A DNA stretch of 64,000 nt from Fibrobacterales bacterium. Its GTDB lineage: Bacteria; Fibrobacterota; Fibrobacteria; Fibrobacterales; JAOPTW01. Within the stretch, counting starts at the first letter, position 1, and every line of letters begins with the position of its first letter. Positions 25,824 to 36,276 of the stretch are shown here, piece after piece. Below the pieces are notes generated by a model. That model was given only the letters and a program-made list of their open reading frames with translations. It was not told where the DNA came from and searched no databases. The translations under genes were made by a program, and so were the position numbers. The DNA lies in the NCBI GenBank assembly GCA_051532055.1, contig JAOPTX010000037.1, positions 32,001-96,000 of the forward strand, in the 5' to 3' direction.

Positions 25824-28800
25824 TTAGTGAAACTTAATAAAAAGCATACCATGAGGAACTGAGTTTGGTACATGAATCATACCGCTTTCTATCACTGAAG
25901 CCTTATGAACCAATGAGCCATTAATAGTAAATACCTGAAATGATTCAGCTTGTTTTGGCGCCCGGAGGCTCCGCCCTTCTGTACCACTATTTTTGTATAT
26001 AAAAGTCATACCCTCTCTCTTTTTTGGGTTTTCAAAAAGTGGTGCAACACCGCTAGAGTCTACAATTACAGGTCCCGTCGTATCTACAATATCAACTACT
26101 GGGTCTATAATCAGACCTAGCGTTGAGTCAGCAATTGGATCAACAACGGTATCTACAACGGGAATCAGTGAAAAGAATGCAGTCATCTGATCATCCTGTG
26201 TCACGGGTGACGCATAGGTATAACCAGCTCCTGCAACAACTATCTCTGCTGTTACATTAACTCCATTACGATAGACAGAATCAAGGGCAAAACCAGCTGT
26301 TGGTGTAACCGTATAGGTAACCGATTCACCATAGTTTAACTCCGAGGCACTTACCACAACGCTACCACTTCCTACAGCGACAGCGCTACTTGCACTATGT
26401 CTCTTTACTGCAAAATTTGCAGTGTAAGTATTTGACCCTACAATATTTAAGAGAGTGAGATCAGGAATTGTCGCAGCAACTACTCCGGCTGTATCTGTCC
26501 AATTCACAAAATGAGAACCAGTATTTGGGGTTGCGGTTACTACAGACGATGCAGTATTATACTTAACTGTTTGAGCTACTTCACCTGTGATGATTCCATT
26601 TGCTCCGGCTGTATAGATAAGACCAAAAGTGTTTATAGTATACGCTGCAGTCACTGCAATATTACCGGTCACACCAGTAAATTTAACGGGGTTTTCTGTA
26701 CTTACCAAAGTACCCTCTGAATCAATCCAACCGGCAAACATATGTCCTGCTGGAACAATCGCTGTTACCGCAGATGCCGAAGCACCGCCCTTAACATTTT
26801 GAGTCGCTGTACCTACTAAAGTGCCACCAGTTCCTGCCACAAAAATCACCGAATAATCATCGAGCGCAAAAACTGCTGTAAATGAACTATTTTTTCTAAT
26901 GTCCGGAGCGCCAAATGAACTTTCAGTACTCACAATAATACCAGAAGCATCTTTCCAACCAGCAAAGCGATACCCTGCTGCAGGGGTTGCTGTAACTGCC
27001 GGTGCAGTATTGGTATAAAAAACTTTTTGAGTGCCAGTTGAAAGTGTGCCACCCGAACCTTCTACACTATAGGATACCGTTTTTTTCATCCACTGGAGAT
27101 ACGGACGTGGGTTTGTATCAATAGATGAAATCGTTGCAATCTCCCAAGTATTTTCAAAATCCCAACCGGTAAACGTATTTTTAGAAGCAAATGTTCCAGT
27201 TGCAACTCCAGTCACATCAAAAGGTTTGCTACCAGATGTTTCGCCAACTCCTTCTGATGAACCATATGTAGTGATATCAAAAAATGACGATACGACAGTC
27301 CCCTCGATAACCTTCCCTATAAATCCACCCTGTGGTTCCTCCACAGCATCAACTACTGCTGACGCATAACTGTTTTCAATTTTCATTACTCCATCGTTGT
27401 ATTCTGTCAGAAATCCAGTGATTCCACCTATAGATTTTTCACCACCTATAGTTCCAATAAAGTGAGAATTACTTAGTGTCCCATTACTTAATTTTCCTGC
27501 GAGACCTCCTCCCCGAATAATATTTTCTCCACCTTCCAGAATCATCGGAATAATTTGAGCATGGGCGAATATATTATTTATTACAGAAGGACCACCATTC
27601 CCAATAACCCCACCTACATTTTCCTCCCCCATTACTTTACCTTGGAAATAACAATTTCGTAAGGAGCTACTATACCCAACTGCCCCAACTATTCCACCAG
27701 TATTACTACCGCCAATCACTTCTCCAATAGCTATAACATTACTAATTTCTGTTGAGTCAGCATAGCCAATAAGCCCGCCAACATTGCTACTTGCATTTAT
27801 TGAAAAATCTTTCAAGGTAAGAGAACGTATTACAGCGCCATCTGCAACACCAAACATTCCAACATAGCCACCTGCATTAATATAGAGATTGGATAGAGTA
27901 TACCCCCCACCATTGAAGCTCCCTGTAAAACTTGACACCCTGTACCTTCCAATTGGAATAAAGCCTCTTGGCTCCCCATCTGAACCTAAATTCCAATGGC
28001 GCGTATCAGATGCATCAATATCTGCAGTCATCAAAAAGTGCTTATCATGATAATCTATTCTATTAGACAAAGCCTCTAGCTGATAGAGAGTAGATATTTG
28101 GTAGGGACTTCCCTCTGTACCATCCCCCACAGGAAACGATTCTTCTTTTTCAATTTTTGCTACAAGTGTCCGATCAGCAGCGCCAGTCACCGTAAACGAA
28201 TACTCCGCAACATCACTTACTAGCACTCCATTCAGGTACCAACCTCCAAAGACATATCCAGATTTTGTTGTTACTCCCAATGTAGCAGTCTCACCACTAT
28301 CGTAACCCCTACTACCTGAAACAGTTGATCGCTCGTTGTTATTAGTTGCAACAGCAACATACATATCCTTTTGTTGCCACTGCAAATATGGCCGAGGGGC
28401 CGCATCAATTTCAGGAATTGTTGCGATTTCCCAAACAGTATCAAAGTCCCACTCAGGAAACGTCGCCTCTAATGCAAAAGCACCTGTTTCGAGTTTAGCA
28501 CATTCAAGGTCTTCTGCCGGGCAGACATCTGTGTGTCCCGCCCCATTTGCACCATTGGCAGCATCATACCAAGTATCGGTAAACTCTGCTGCCGAATACG
28601 AAGACTTCCTATAGCTCATAATACCACCTCTATTCTCTTCAGTACCTGACTCAATATGGACCATTGTATAATTTTTATCGATAACTCCACTAGCAGCACT
28701 GTATACAAACCCGGAAATTGCTTTTGTTTGATCAAGTGAAGAAACAGAGCCCGTAGAAAAATTATTTATAACATCACTCCACGTGGCATTACCCAAAAAA

Positions 28801-29501
28801 CCACCTGCATTTGATGTTGCAACAACTATACCAGAGCTGAAGCTTGTCATTACAGTTGAATTACGTAAATAACCGACCAACCCTCCAGTATATTTACCGT
28901 CACCTTGCGTAAATACTGCACGACTCCTCACTGATACAGCGCTACTACTACTCATTATTATTGAATTATAAACACTCCCCGATAAACCTCCAGTATGATA
29001 TTTACCTCTTACCGCCCCCGATACCTGACAGTGTATTATGGCGCTATTTTTCATGTACCCTACAAGACTGCCAACCAAGCGATTTCCAGAGTAGTCAACA
29101 CCTTCAAGAGTAATATTTGCCAAGGTAGCGTCATCAGCATATCCAACAAACCCGACATATGTTTCATCAGGCCGTGTAATAGTCAAATTAGAAATGGTAT
29201 ACCCTTTACCATAAAAAGACCCACTAAAAGGCTGTGAACTATTCCCAATTGGAGAAAATCCTAAATATCCATTCCAGTTTTCAGACCCGGTCGCATCAAT
29301 ATCAGCACCAAGAATCCAGGTTTCATCCCAGGCATCACTAGTTTCACTCAACCAGATCAACTCATTAACCGTTGTTATTGTTCCACCATCACCATCTATC
29401 CATTCACTCGGTACCGATGCCACCGGAGTTGAATTTACTAGAGCATGTGCACTCCACGTTGTAAACAATACTATTATAAGTATTACCATTAAATTTTTCA
29501 A
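25824..29501 (-). CDS. Large secreted GLUG-repeat and InlB-B-like repeat protein with T9SS-CTD-like C-terminus
   Basis: AGGAG SD before TTG 29501, signal peptide; two GLUG beta-helix modules (F.PIG...F.GSF.G.GYT.SNL, VGGL.G repeats); GY.F.GW repeats; tail VFTINGSLV...GMLFIK. Confidence 0.75.
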   Translation of the reverse strand: MKNLMVILIIVLFTTWSAHALVNSTPVASVPSEWIDGDGGTITTVNELIWLSETSDAWDETWILGADIDATGSENWNGYLGFSPIGNSSQPFSGSFYGKGYTISNLTITRPDETYVGFVGYADDATLANITLEGVDYSGNRLVGSLVGYMKNSAIIHCQVSGAVRGKYHTGGLSGSVYNSIIMSSSSAVSVRSRAVFTQGDGKYTGGLVGYLRNSTVMTSFSSGIVVATSNAGGFLGNATWSDVINNFSTGSVSSLDQTKAISGFVYSAASGVIDKNYTMVHIESGTEENRGGIMSYRKSSYSAAEFTDTWYDAANGANGAGHTDVCPAEDLECAKLETGAFALEATFPEWDFDTVWEIATIPEIDAAPRPYLQWQQKDMYVAVATNNNERSTVSGSRGYDSGETATLGVTTKSGYVFGGWYLNGVLVSDVAEYSFTVTGAADRTLVAKIEKEESFPVGDGTEGSPYQISTLYQLEALSNRIDYHDKHFLMTADIDASDTRHWNLGSDGEPRGFIPIGRYRVSSFTGSFNGGGYTLSNLYINAGGYVGMFGVADGAVIRSLTLKDFSINASSNVGGLIGYADSTEISNVIAIGEVIGGSNTGGIVGAVGYSSSLRNCYFQGKVMGEENVGGVIGNGGPSVINNIFAHAQIIPMILEGGENIIRGGGLAGKLSNGTLSNSHFIGTIGGEKSIGGITGFLTEYNDGVMKIENSYASAVVDAVEEPQGGFIGKVIEGTVVSSFFDITTYGSSEGVGETSGSKPFDVTGVATGTFASKNTFTGWDFENTWEIATISSIDTNPRPYLQWMKKTVSYSVEGSGGTLSTGTQKVFYTNTAPAVTATPAAGYRFAGWKDASGIIVSTESSFGAPDIRKNSSFTAVFALDDYSVIFVAGTGGTLVGTATQNVKGGASASAVTAIVPAGHMFAGWIDSEGTLVSTENPVKFTGVTGNIAVTAAYTINTFGLIYTAGANGIITGEVAQTVKYNTASSVVTATPNTGSHFVNWTDTAGVVAATIPDLTLLNIVGSNTYTANFAVKRHSASSAVAVGSGSVVVSASELNYGESVTYTVTPTAGFALDSVYRNGVNVTAEIVVAGAGYTYASPVTQDDQMTAFFSLIPVVDTVVDPIADSTLGLIIDPVVDIVDTTGPVIVDSSGVAPLFENPKKREGMTFIYKNSGTEGRSLRAPKQAESFQVFTINGSLVHKASVIESGMIHVPNSVPHGMLFIKFH

Positions 29502-29790
29502 AATGTCTCCTGCAAGTATGTTAATCTGCAAACCTGATGATTCGCCTGGTCCCGTTAACCCCGCACAAATAATAGCTGTTTAAGCACCAAGATCAATCCA
29601 AAGACCTACTTGAAGTCAAGTATCTGTTTAAGAAGGCGTTTAAGAAATTATGAATAAATGGGGATTCAGAATACCCACCAAATGTATAGGCCTCTTTTAT
29701 ACAGAAAGTGATTAATGCTCTTTTTAGACTACTGACAGCAGGCTACAATGGAACATTTTCTCCATTACTAATCAGACTAATGTGATACAA

Positions 29791-30237
29791 CTACTCAGTT
29801 ATTATTGAAAAGTATTGAGTTATTCGCTCACTCTGCTCTCGTTCATTCCAGACAATGTGGCCTTCGCCATCAAGTGAATAATAAAATGAATCAAGATCAG
29901 CTACTCCACCTTCTGTCGTAATGATAAAGATCAAACTATCAGTGGCCCACCATTTTCCTGTTGTCGTATCCGTTGTACTATACTCTGGGTAAAACGTATA
30001 ATCTGCATAGAGTGAATCAGTAGAATAGTGTGCTTCAAAATTATTGTGTGAAAAACCTTCACTGAGTCCCGTTACAGAATCTAAGTGCCATCTACCAATC
30101 AAAGGATGAGCGGTGAGCTGTGTATCTTTTTCTATTATGGAAGACCCATTATCATGCAGAGAGTCTATAGAAGGCGATGATGGGCTATCACACCCTATAC
30201 AGAACAATAGACTTAAGATCCACAAGTAATAATTCAT
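29791..30237 (-). CDS. Small lipoprotein, lipocalin-like
   Basis: Lipobox CIGC; LIGRWHL and TGKW motifs typical of lipocalin-like domains. Confidence 0.55.
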   Translation of the reverse strand: MNYYLWILSLLFCIGCDSPSSPSIDSLHDNGSSIIEKDTQLTAHPLIGRWHLDSVTGLSEGFSHNNFEAHYSTDSLYADYTFYPEYSTTDTTTGKWWATDSLIFIITTEGGVADLDSFYYSLDGEGHIVWNEREQSERITQYFSIITE

Positions 30238-30289
30238 AATTTACCCTAATAGTATTTGAAGACACGATAAAATAAGTGTTTGTAGAATA

Positions 30290-31762
30290 TTATTTCACCC
30301 AACGTATATTATCGATTAAAACTGTGCCCTCTCCATTATGCAATCCAAAAGGTATTCTGATTTCGTTAAAATCTATGCCATCACCAAACGTATTAACCAA
30401 ATGATCAAAGGGGATAATTGCAGTTTGCCAGTGATTGTCCGCTCTTACATATCGATCAAGATCAATATACGCTGTCTCTGTTTTATGGTTCATGTGACCC
30501 CACTCTATTTTTATTGCATAGTTATGTTCCGTTTTCACATCAAAAACAAGTTTACCCTGAGCCCATTCTCTCAAATCTGTAGGTGAGTGGTATGCAAGCA
30601 TAAAACCACCGTCGCCTGGTGTCAAAACAATACTTCTTTCACCTTCAGTGCGATCCGGCGAATAGAGTATATCTTCTAACTTTAATGAGCCCCAGTTATC
30701 TGCTTTACCAAGAGTCTTAAAATAGTCACTGCCATCATAGTTATCAGTCATAAACACCAGCCCACCCCTATTGCGATAGGTTGAAGTACCTTGTGTAGAA
30801 TAATATATATTATCAATTACTATCTTTTCCTTCTTTCCGCCATTAAGATATATAAGGGCAAAAGGCTCTTTCAATTGTTCTAGATTAATTCCGTTAAACG
30901 AATCAAGAGGAATCACAACGTGCTCCCAATCGCCATTAAGCTCTGCATAATCGAACAACACCTTAGATTCATAGGAACCATTATCCCACTCTAATTTAAT
31001 CGCTGCATTTGTTTTTGATTTTATATCAAAATGTAAATAGCCACTATTGAATTGTTTGAAATTCTTCTGACTATCAAATACACATGCCCATCCACCACTT
31101 TCAAATTCTAATGCAATGCTCTTATTTCCTTCTACTGCATCATGGCTCGTTACTATGTTATTATTTCCCCACCTTACAAACCTACCCTTCCTTTGAAACT
31201 CATCAGTCCCATCGAACTGTTCTGAATAGAACTGAAATGTTTTTAGTTCTTGCACTGTACTTGAGGACGACACGGTTCGTTCTGACGAACTTAAATCTGG
31301 TAACAATATTTCTGAAGAAGAAGGAAGTATCGAAGAGCTCAGCACAATTATTGCACTCGAAACCGTTGTTGCTGAAGACGTAATTACTGTCCCGCCTTGT
31401 GAAAGAGCCACAGACTCACTGCTTGAAGAAATATTTACTGAACTACTTACCGATGCAATGAAGCTACTGATATCTCCACCATTACTCGATAAATGCAAAT
31501 CACTCGAGACGGATATTCCTGTAGATTCATTTTGGGAAGAAGAACTAGCTTCAATAGTTGTTGAACTCACACTGGATACAATACTGCTGCTTGGCCCCTG
31601 TACCACAGCTGTTTGTGATGACACTGTACTCTGAGGTTGAACATCCTGTAAATCTCCTGCAGTTGAATCAGGATCATCTAACATTGGTTTTACAACATTT
31701 CGATCACAAGCACTCAATACTATGAGTACGATTAAAATATGACTTAATAGATAGTGGTACAT
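30290..31762 (-). CDS. Ser-rich lipoprotein with two galactose-binding-like (CBM11/CBM30-like) domains
   Basis: Lipobox LSAC, long poly-Ser linker, two repeats of EG..SI...GG...D...G.L.FD.K...IK.EW...W....IP...F...IDNI. Confidence 0.7.
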   Translation of the reverse strand: MYHYLLSHILIVLIVLSACDRNVVKPMLDDPDSTAGDLQDVQPQSTVSSQTAVVQGPSSSIVSSVSSTTIEASSSSQNESTGISVSSDLHLSSNGGDISSFIASVSSSVNISSSSESVALSQGGTVITSSATTVSSAIIVLSSSILPSSSEILLPDLSSSERTVSSSSTVQELKTFQFYSEQFDGTDEFQRKGRFVRWGNNNIVTSHDAVEGNKSIALEFESGGWACVFDSQKNFKQFNSGYLHFDIKSKTNAAIKLEWDNGSYESKVLFDYAELNGDWEHVVIPLDSFNGINLEQLKEPFALIYLNGGKKEKIVIDNIYYSTQGTSTYRNRGGLVFMTDNYDGSDYFKTLGKADNWGSLKLEDILYSPDRTEGERSIVLTPGDGGFMLAYHSPTDLREWAQGKLVFDVKTEHNYAIKIEWGHMNHKTETAYIDLDRYVRADNHWQTAIIPFDHLVNTFGDGIDFNEIRIPFGLHNGEGTVLIDNIRWVK

Positions 31763-31942
31763 TTAGGCTAATCCAGGCTTTTTAAGGTTAGCCAAAGATA
31801 GAAATTGACTGTATAAATAAATGTAAAATACAGTAAACGAACAGAGAAAGACTTTGAGTTATTTGAGCCTAAAGCTAAAAGACAATGCTTATTTACTCTA
31901 TACTCATTAAAAACCCACCATAAAATAAAGGTTAATATAAAG

Positions 31943-33463
31943 CTACTTTACCCAACGCACATTATCAATATATACGGTCCCACCTCCATTATGGGTACCA
32001 AAAGGAACCATCATACGACGTAAATCGATTCCCCGAAAGTGGCTCAGTGGTATAGAAACGGTTTCCCATATATTATTAAGTGTTCGGTACGAGTCAAGCA
32101 ACACCCACGCCACACAAATCGAGCCTCCACAATCCCATTCTAACTGTATTGTCTTAAGAGTGGTCGTTGATTTCACATCCAATACAAGGGATCCCCCTTC
32201 GTAATAACTCATATCTTTAGGGGCATAGAAGAGCATAGCATACCCCCCCCCTTTATGAATACGAAACGCAATACTTCTCTCACCATCAGAACGATCAGCC
32301 GTGTAATAGGGCTCAATATTTCCCCAAAATTTCGGTCTCCCTATTGAATCAATAAAGTTAGTACCGTACCAACTGTCGGTCAGGATCTCCAATGGCTCTC
32401 TTTCAATTGCAAAATAGCCCCTATTTTCTACACGATTTTTGTATGTCGATACGCCATGAGTCGAATAATAGATATCGTCTATTGCTACAATGCCTTCTCT
32501 TTCACCATTTACATCGATAATGGCAAAAGCTTCCCTAAGGACAGACATATCGATTCCATTAAAGGAATCAATGGGAATAACAACTTTTTCCCATTCATCA
32601 GTAAGGTCAGCATATGAGCGGAGGAACACAGAGTCTTTAGAATGAGTTGCCCATTCAAGTTTAATGATTGCATCACTTGTAGTTTTAATTTGTAAGTGGA
32701 GATACCCACCAGAAAAATTACTGAAATCCTTTGTCTCATCAAACACATACGCATGGCCACCTTTAGTCATTGTATGTACTACAGAACTATCGCCTTGAGA
32801 TGCATCATTCGAAATCACCTGAGAGCAGGAGTCCCAGGTAGTTGAATGTCCAAGCGCCGTAAATTCATCACTTCCAGCAAATTTATCAGCATAAAAGACA
32901 AAGGTTTTTAGTTCTATAGATGATGATGACGAAGAATATACAGACTGAGAAGATGAAGACACTCCGCTTGAATTTGAAATGACACTCGATATACTTTCAG
33001 AAGAAGATGAAGAACTGATCGAACCTTCAGAACTCAAATCCGCTACTGATGAGCTGTTCCCTATAGAGGATTGCGAAGACACATTAGATGATTGACTAAC
33101 AGGCGGAACCATATTGTCACTACTCATTGGTACCATCGAACTGGTCATAGTATGAGTATTATTTGAAAATGGTAAATCAATTATTACAGACACACCACGA
33201 TTCAGGCTTTGGGAAGACGACAAAACGTTTGATACAGTACTTGATTCAATCATTGTTGAACTCCCATCCATAATAGGTGCTATACCTACACTTGATTCTG
33301 GAGTCGCCTCTTCTTGAGATGATGTCGTAAATACCGGAACAACAAATGGGGTATCTGTAGAAGATGAACTCAATTCACTTAATTCTGGCTTTACTGTATT
33401 ACGGTCACACGCACTAAAAAAAAGGAGTACTGCTACTAGAAGAGTTACTACATATTTTTGCAT
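31943..33463 (-). CDS. Ser-rich lipoprotein with two CBM-like domains (paralog of 30290-31762)
   Basis: Lipobox FSAC, CDRN.VKP start shared with the neighbour, same twin domains, ends IDNVRWVK versus IDNIRWVK. Confidence 0.7.
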   Translation of the reverse strand: MQKYVVTLLVAVLLFFSACDRNTVKPELSELSSSSTDTPFVVPVFTTSSQEEATPESSVGIAPIMDGSSTMIESSTVSNVLSSSQSLNRGVSVIIDLPFSNNTHTMTSSMVPMSSDNMVPPVSQSSNVSSQSSIGNSSSVADLSSEGSISSSSSSESISSVISNSSGVSSSSQSVYSSSSSSIELKTFVFYADKFAGSDEFTALGHSTTWDSCSQVISNDASQGDSSVVHTMTKGGHAYVFDETKDFSNFSGGYLHLQIKTTSDAIIKLEWATHSKDSVFLRSYADLTDEWEKVVIPIDSFNGIDMSVLREAFAIIDVNGEREGIVAIDDIYYSTHGVSTYKNRVENRGYFAIEREPLEILTDSWYGTNFIDSIGRPKFWGNIEPYYTADRSDGERSIAFRIHKGGGYAMLFYAPKDMSYYEGGSLVLDVKSTTTLKTIQLEWDCGGSICVAWVLLDSYRTLNNIWETVSIPLSHFRGIDLRRMMVPFGTHNGGGTVYIDNVRWVK

Positions 33464-33609
33464 TCAGGTTTGCTCTGTTATTTTGAATGGGTCAAAAGTA
33501 GAAACTTGGCTATTGATTCTATGTAAAAACGAGGAAACGTACCGCACTATTTTTGAGTATCAATTGTTATTTTGAACAGTTGTGAAACACTTATGAGTAC
33601 CTATTAAAA

Positions 33610-34998
33610 TTAATGCACTCCTGTCGTCTCACTTTTCAAAATGTTATATACAAATAATACCACACCAACCGCTTGCGCCCATGGGAAAAGAGTTCCCAGC
33701 ACTATACCACTTTCAGTCATTGGAATAAATATCGGAAACAATTCAATAAGTCCAAGTACACCAAGTACTGCAGGAACCATGCCATACATGAGCATGAGGT
33801 AAAAGAGTACCACCCCTTCTGGTGAACGTTTTTTCTCTACAAATGAGACCGCATGAAGCAGGGCAATATCACGAACAACAAAAGCCAATATATTAAGAGC
33901 CCACAGCGCATTGACCCCTAATTGATTTTCCCAAGAATCAAATGAACCTAGAGAAAAGACAACACTAATCATTGCGGCTATTGCCGTTATAATAAGGGTC
34001 ACCAACCAAAGCGGGGTTTGCGTCTGAAGCCTTGATACGCTTTTCTTTTTGACACCCTGTAAAAATGATTGTATTGATACCACGGATCGACTTTCACTAA
34101 ATGCCATATAATAACTGAGGATAACCCCGACAATAAATGCTGTATGGGTACTGACAGCAATTTGATCTAAGTTAATCAAGCCCTCGGTAAGAGCAGACAT
34201 ATGTTCAGCACTATACAACCCTCCCACAAATATCATAAGAGTAACCGTAAACAGTGCCCATGGAATAAAAGTATTAGTAAAAAGGTATTCTCTTCGTATC
34301 GTCCTAAAGAGGCCATATATTGACCACCCTGTAAACACGACAAATACAGTAATTAACGCAGGCACCACTGGCATCGTAAGAGTGTACCAGAAAAACAGAG
34401 GTTCTCCAAAGTCAACGATTCGTTGAGCACTATCAATAATAAACAGCGCTGCAATCACTCCTATCACAAAGTAAAAGAAGGTTGAAATTGTAGCAGAACG
34501 ATTTTTGTTAATTTTTAAGACAGTTAATGATATTATTAATGCCTGAATCATGATTGCCCCAAGCACCAGAGCCACAAACAATGCAACACGCTCAAAGGTG
34601 TGATCAATAAACATTGCACTCCCCAAATACAGTAAACCAAAGCAAGTAACCCCATACCAAGCATAAATAGTTGAACCAAAAAGTTTTCCAAACATCATAG
34701 TCTTTGGTTCAATACTTAACAAACGTTGTGCATCCCATGTTTTTTCATGCACTTCTTTAATTATTGCACCAGACGCTTGCCGGACCCCCATCACAAATGC
34801 AGTAAGATACAACCCATAGAGTGAAGTACTGTTAATGATCTCTGCAAAATTGGCATCAAAAAACCTTACAGCACTCAGATAGGCCAGCCCTAAAAAACAG
34901 ATGATAATTAAAGGGATTGCCGCGAGCCGTCCAAAGGTAAGCTCAAGCCAGATGTTTCTATTTATCTCGGGATTCGATGTGTAGTTACTTGGCATCAT
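33610..34998 (-). CDS. Multi-TM membrane protein, probable ABC-2-type permease
   Basis: About 12 hydrophobic helices; I..EV.EKTWD..RL..I......GKL.G motif; overlaps the ABC ATPase gene. Confidence 0.7.
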   Translation of the reverse strand: MMPSNYTSNPEINRNIWLELTFGRLAAIPLIIICFLGLAYLSAVRFFDANFAEIINSTSLYGLYLTAFVMGVRQASGAIIKEVHEKTWDAQRLLSIEPKTMMFGKLFGSTIYAWYGVTCFGLLYLGSAMFIDHTFERVALFVALVLGAIMIQALIISLTVLKINKNRSATISTFFYFVIGVIAALFIIDSAQRIVDFGEPLFFWYTLTMPVVPALITVFVVFTGWSIYGLFRTIRREYLFTNTFIPWALFTVTLMIFVGGLYSAEHMSALTEGLINLDQIAVSTHTAFIVGVILSYYMAFSESRSVVSIQSFLQGVKKKSVSRLQTQTPLWLVTLIITAIAAMISVVFSLGSFDSWENQLGVNALWALNILAFVVRDIALLHAVSFVEKKRSPEGVVLFYLMLMYGMVPAVLGVLGLIELFPIFIPMTESGIVLGTLFPWAQAVGVVLFVYNILKSETTGVH

Positions 34999-35977
34999 GT
35001 TCCTTTACCATTGTAAGATAGGTCTCTTGCAGGTTTTGCTTCTCTGTATAGCATTCACTTACAGTGCAGCCTTCTTGAACCAGAAAACGTATGAGTGCGC
35101 ACTGATCTTCTTCTGTTCCTTTCAATACAGCCTTTACCTCATTCCCTTCACAAGTCACCTCGGAGACTCGCGACAGAATTGAAAGAATAGTACCGTCATG
35201 ACTTTGTGGTACATAGGTGTTTGTGGAAAGAAGCTGAGAAACGGTATCTGGCTGAGAGAGTACTTTAAAAGTTAACAAGCGTTCTTCAGCAACACTTTCA
35301 TCTACTGACACCTGATTGTGAGAGAGTGACTGAGCTTTTTGATTGACCAACTCACCACCCCTTAATACTAATAAATCATCAGCATATTGATCGAGTTCAG
35401 CTAATATATGGGATGAAATTAAGAGCGTTACTCCCTCTTCTTTTAGACGAATAAAGAGTTGTGCTAGCTCATGACGAGCCTCTGGATCAAGCCCCGAAGC
35501 CGGCTCATCGAGAACGAGTAGTGCCGGACTGTGTATCATCGCTTGTCCAATAGCAACGCGCTGACGCATCCCCCGTGATAAGCTGCCACAAAGTTTATCA
35601 CATTTATCCACAAGGTTTAGCCGCGCAACCATCTCTGAAACTCGACTCTCACACTCTTGTTTAGAAAAGCCATGAGCTCGAGCAAAGTATGTCAGCACTT
35701 GGTTTACTGTGAGTTTCTCGTAGAGTCCAAAAGTATCAGGAAGATAGCCAATCAATTTTTTACACTCTCTAGGATGAGTCACCACATCGAGTCCATTTAT
35801 AAAAATGGTACCCTGTAATGGCTTCTGCAGCGTAGTAATGCATTTAAAGAGGGTTGATTTACCTGCACCATTTGGGCCAACAACAGCAGTTATTGTTCCT
35901 GCCTTGATTTCGCAGTAGAGTGATTTAAGGGCGAGCTGCCCTGGATAGGCATACGAAAGATTTTTGATTTTTATCAT
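34985..35977 (-). CDS. ABC transporter ATP-binding protein (ABC-2/DrrA-like)
   Basis: GPNGAGKST, LSRGMRQR, LVLDEPASGLDP, ISSH. Confidence 0.93.
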   Translation of the reverse strand: MIKIKNLSYAYPGQLALKSLYCEIKAGTITAVVGPNGAGKSTLFKCITTLQKPLQGTIFINGLDVVTHPRECKKLIGYLPDTFGLYEKLTVNQVLTYFARAHGFSKQECESRVSEMVARLNLVDKCDKLCGSLSRGMRQRVAIGQAMIHSPALLVLDEPASGLDPEARHELAQLFIRLKEEGVTLLISSHILAELDQYADDLLVLRGGELVNQKAQSLSHNQVSVDESVAEERLLTFKVLSQPDTVSQLLSTNTYVPQSHDGTILSILSRVSEVTCEGNEVKAVLKGTEEDQCALIRFLVQEGCTVSECYTEKQNLQETYLTMVKEHDAK

Positions 35978-36276
35978 GGTTCATATGTAGAAAAAGGGAG
36001 CGTTTTAGGCGAGTTCCTACAAATCAGCCTTTTTTTGGAGATCATTACCAAAAATAACCCACATAAGCCATCAATATTTGTCTACAACACAAAGATGTAA
36101 GCCGAACAACAAAACCCATATTATGCTCATTTAACAAACACTATTGCCCATTAAGTGAACATTACACTAACTATTTTGTAAAGTTTATAGTTACATTTAA
36201 TTGTCTACTTGTTCTTTATATATATTACGAGTACACACTATACAAATACCATACATACACATACAAGAAGAGACCG

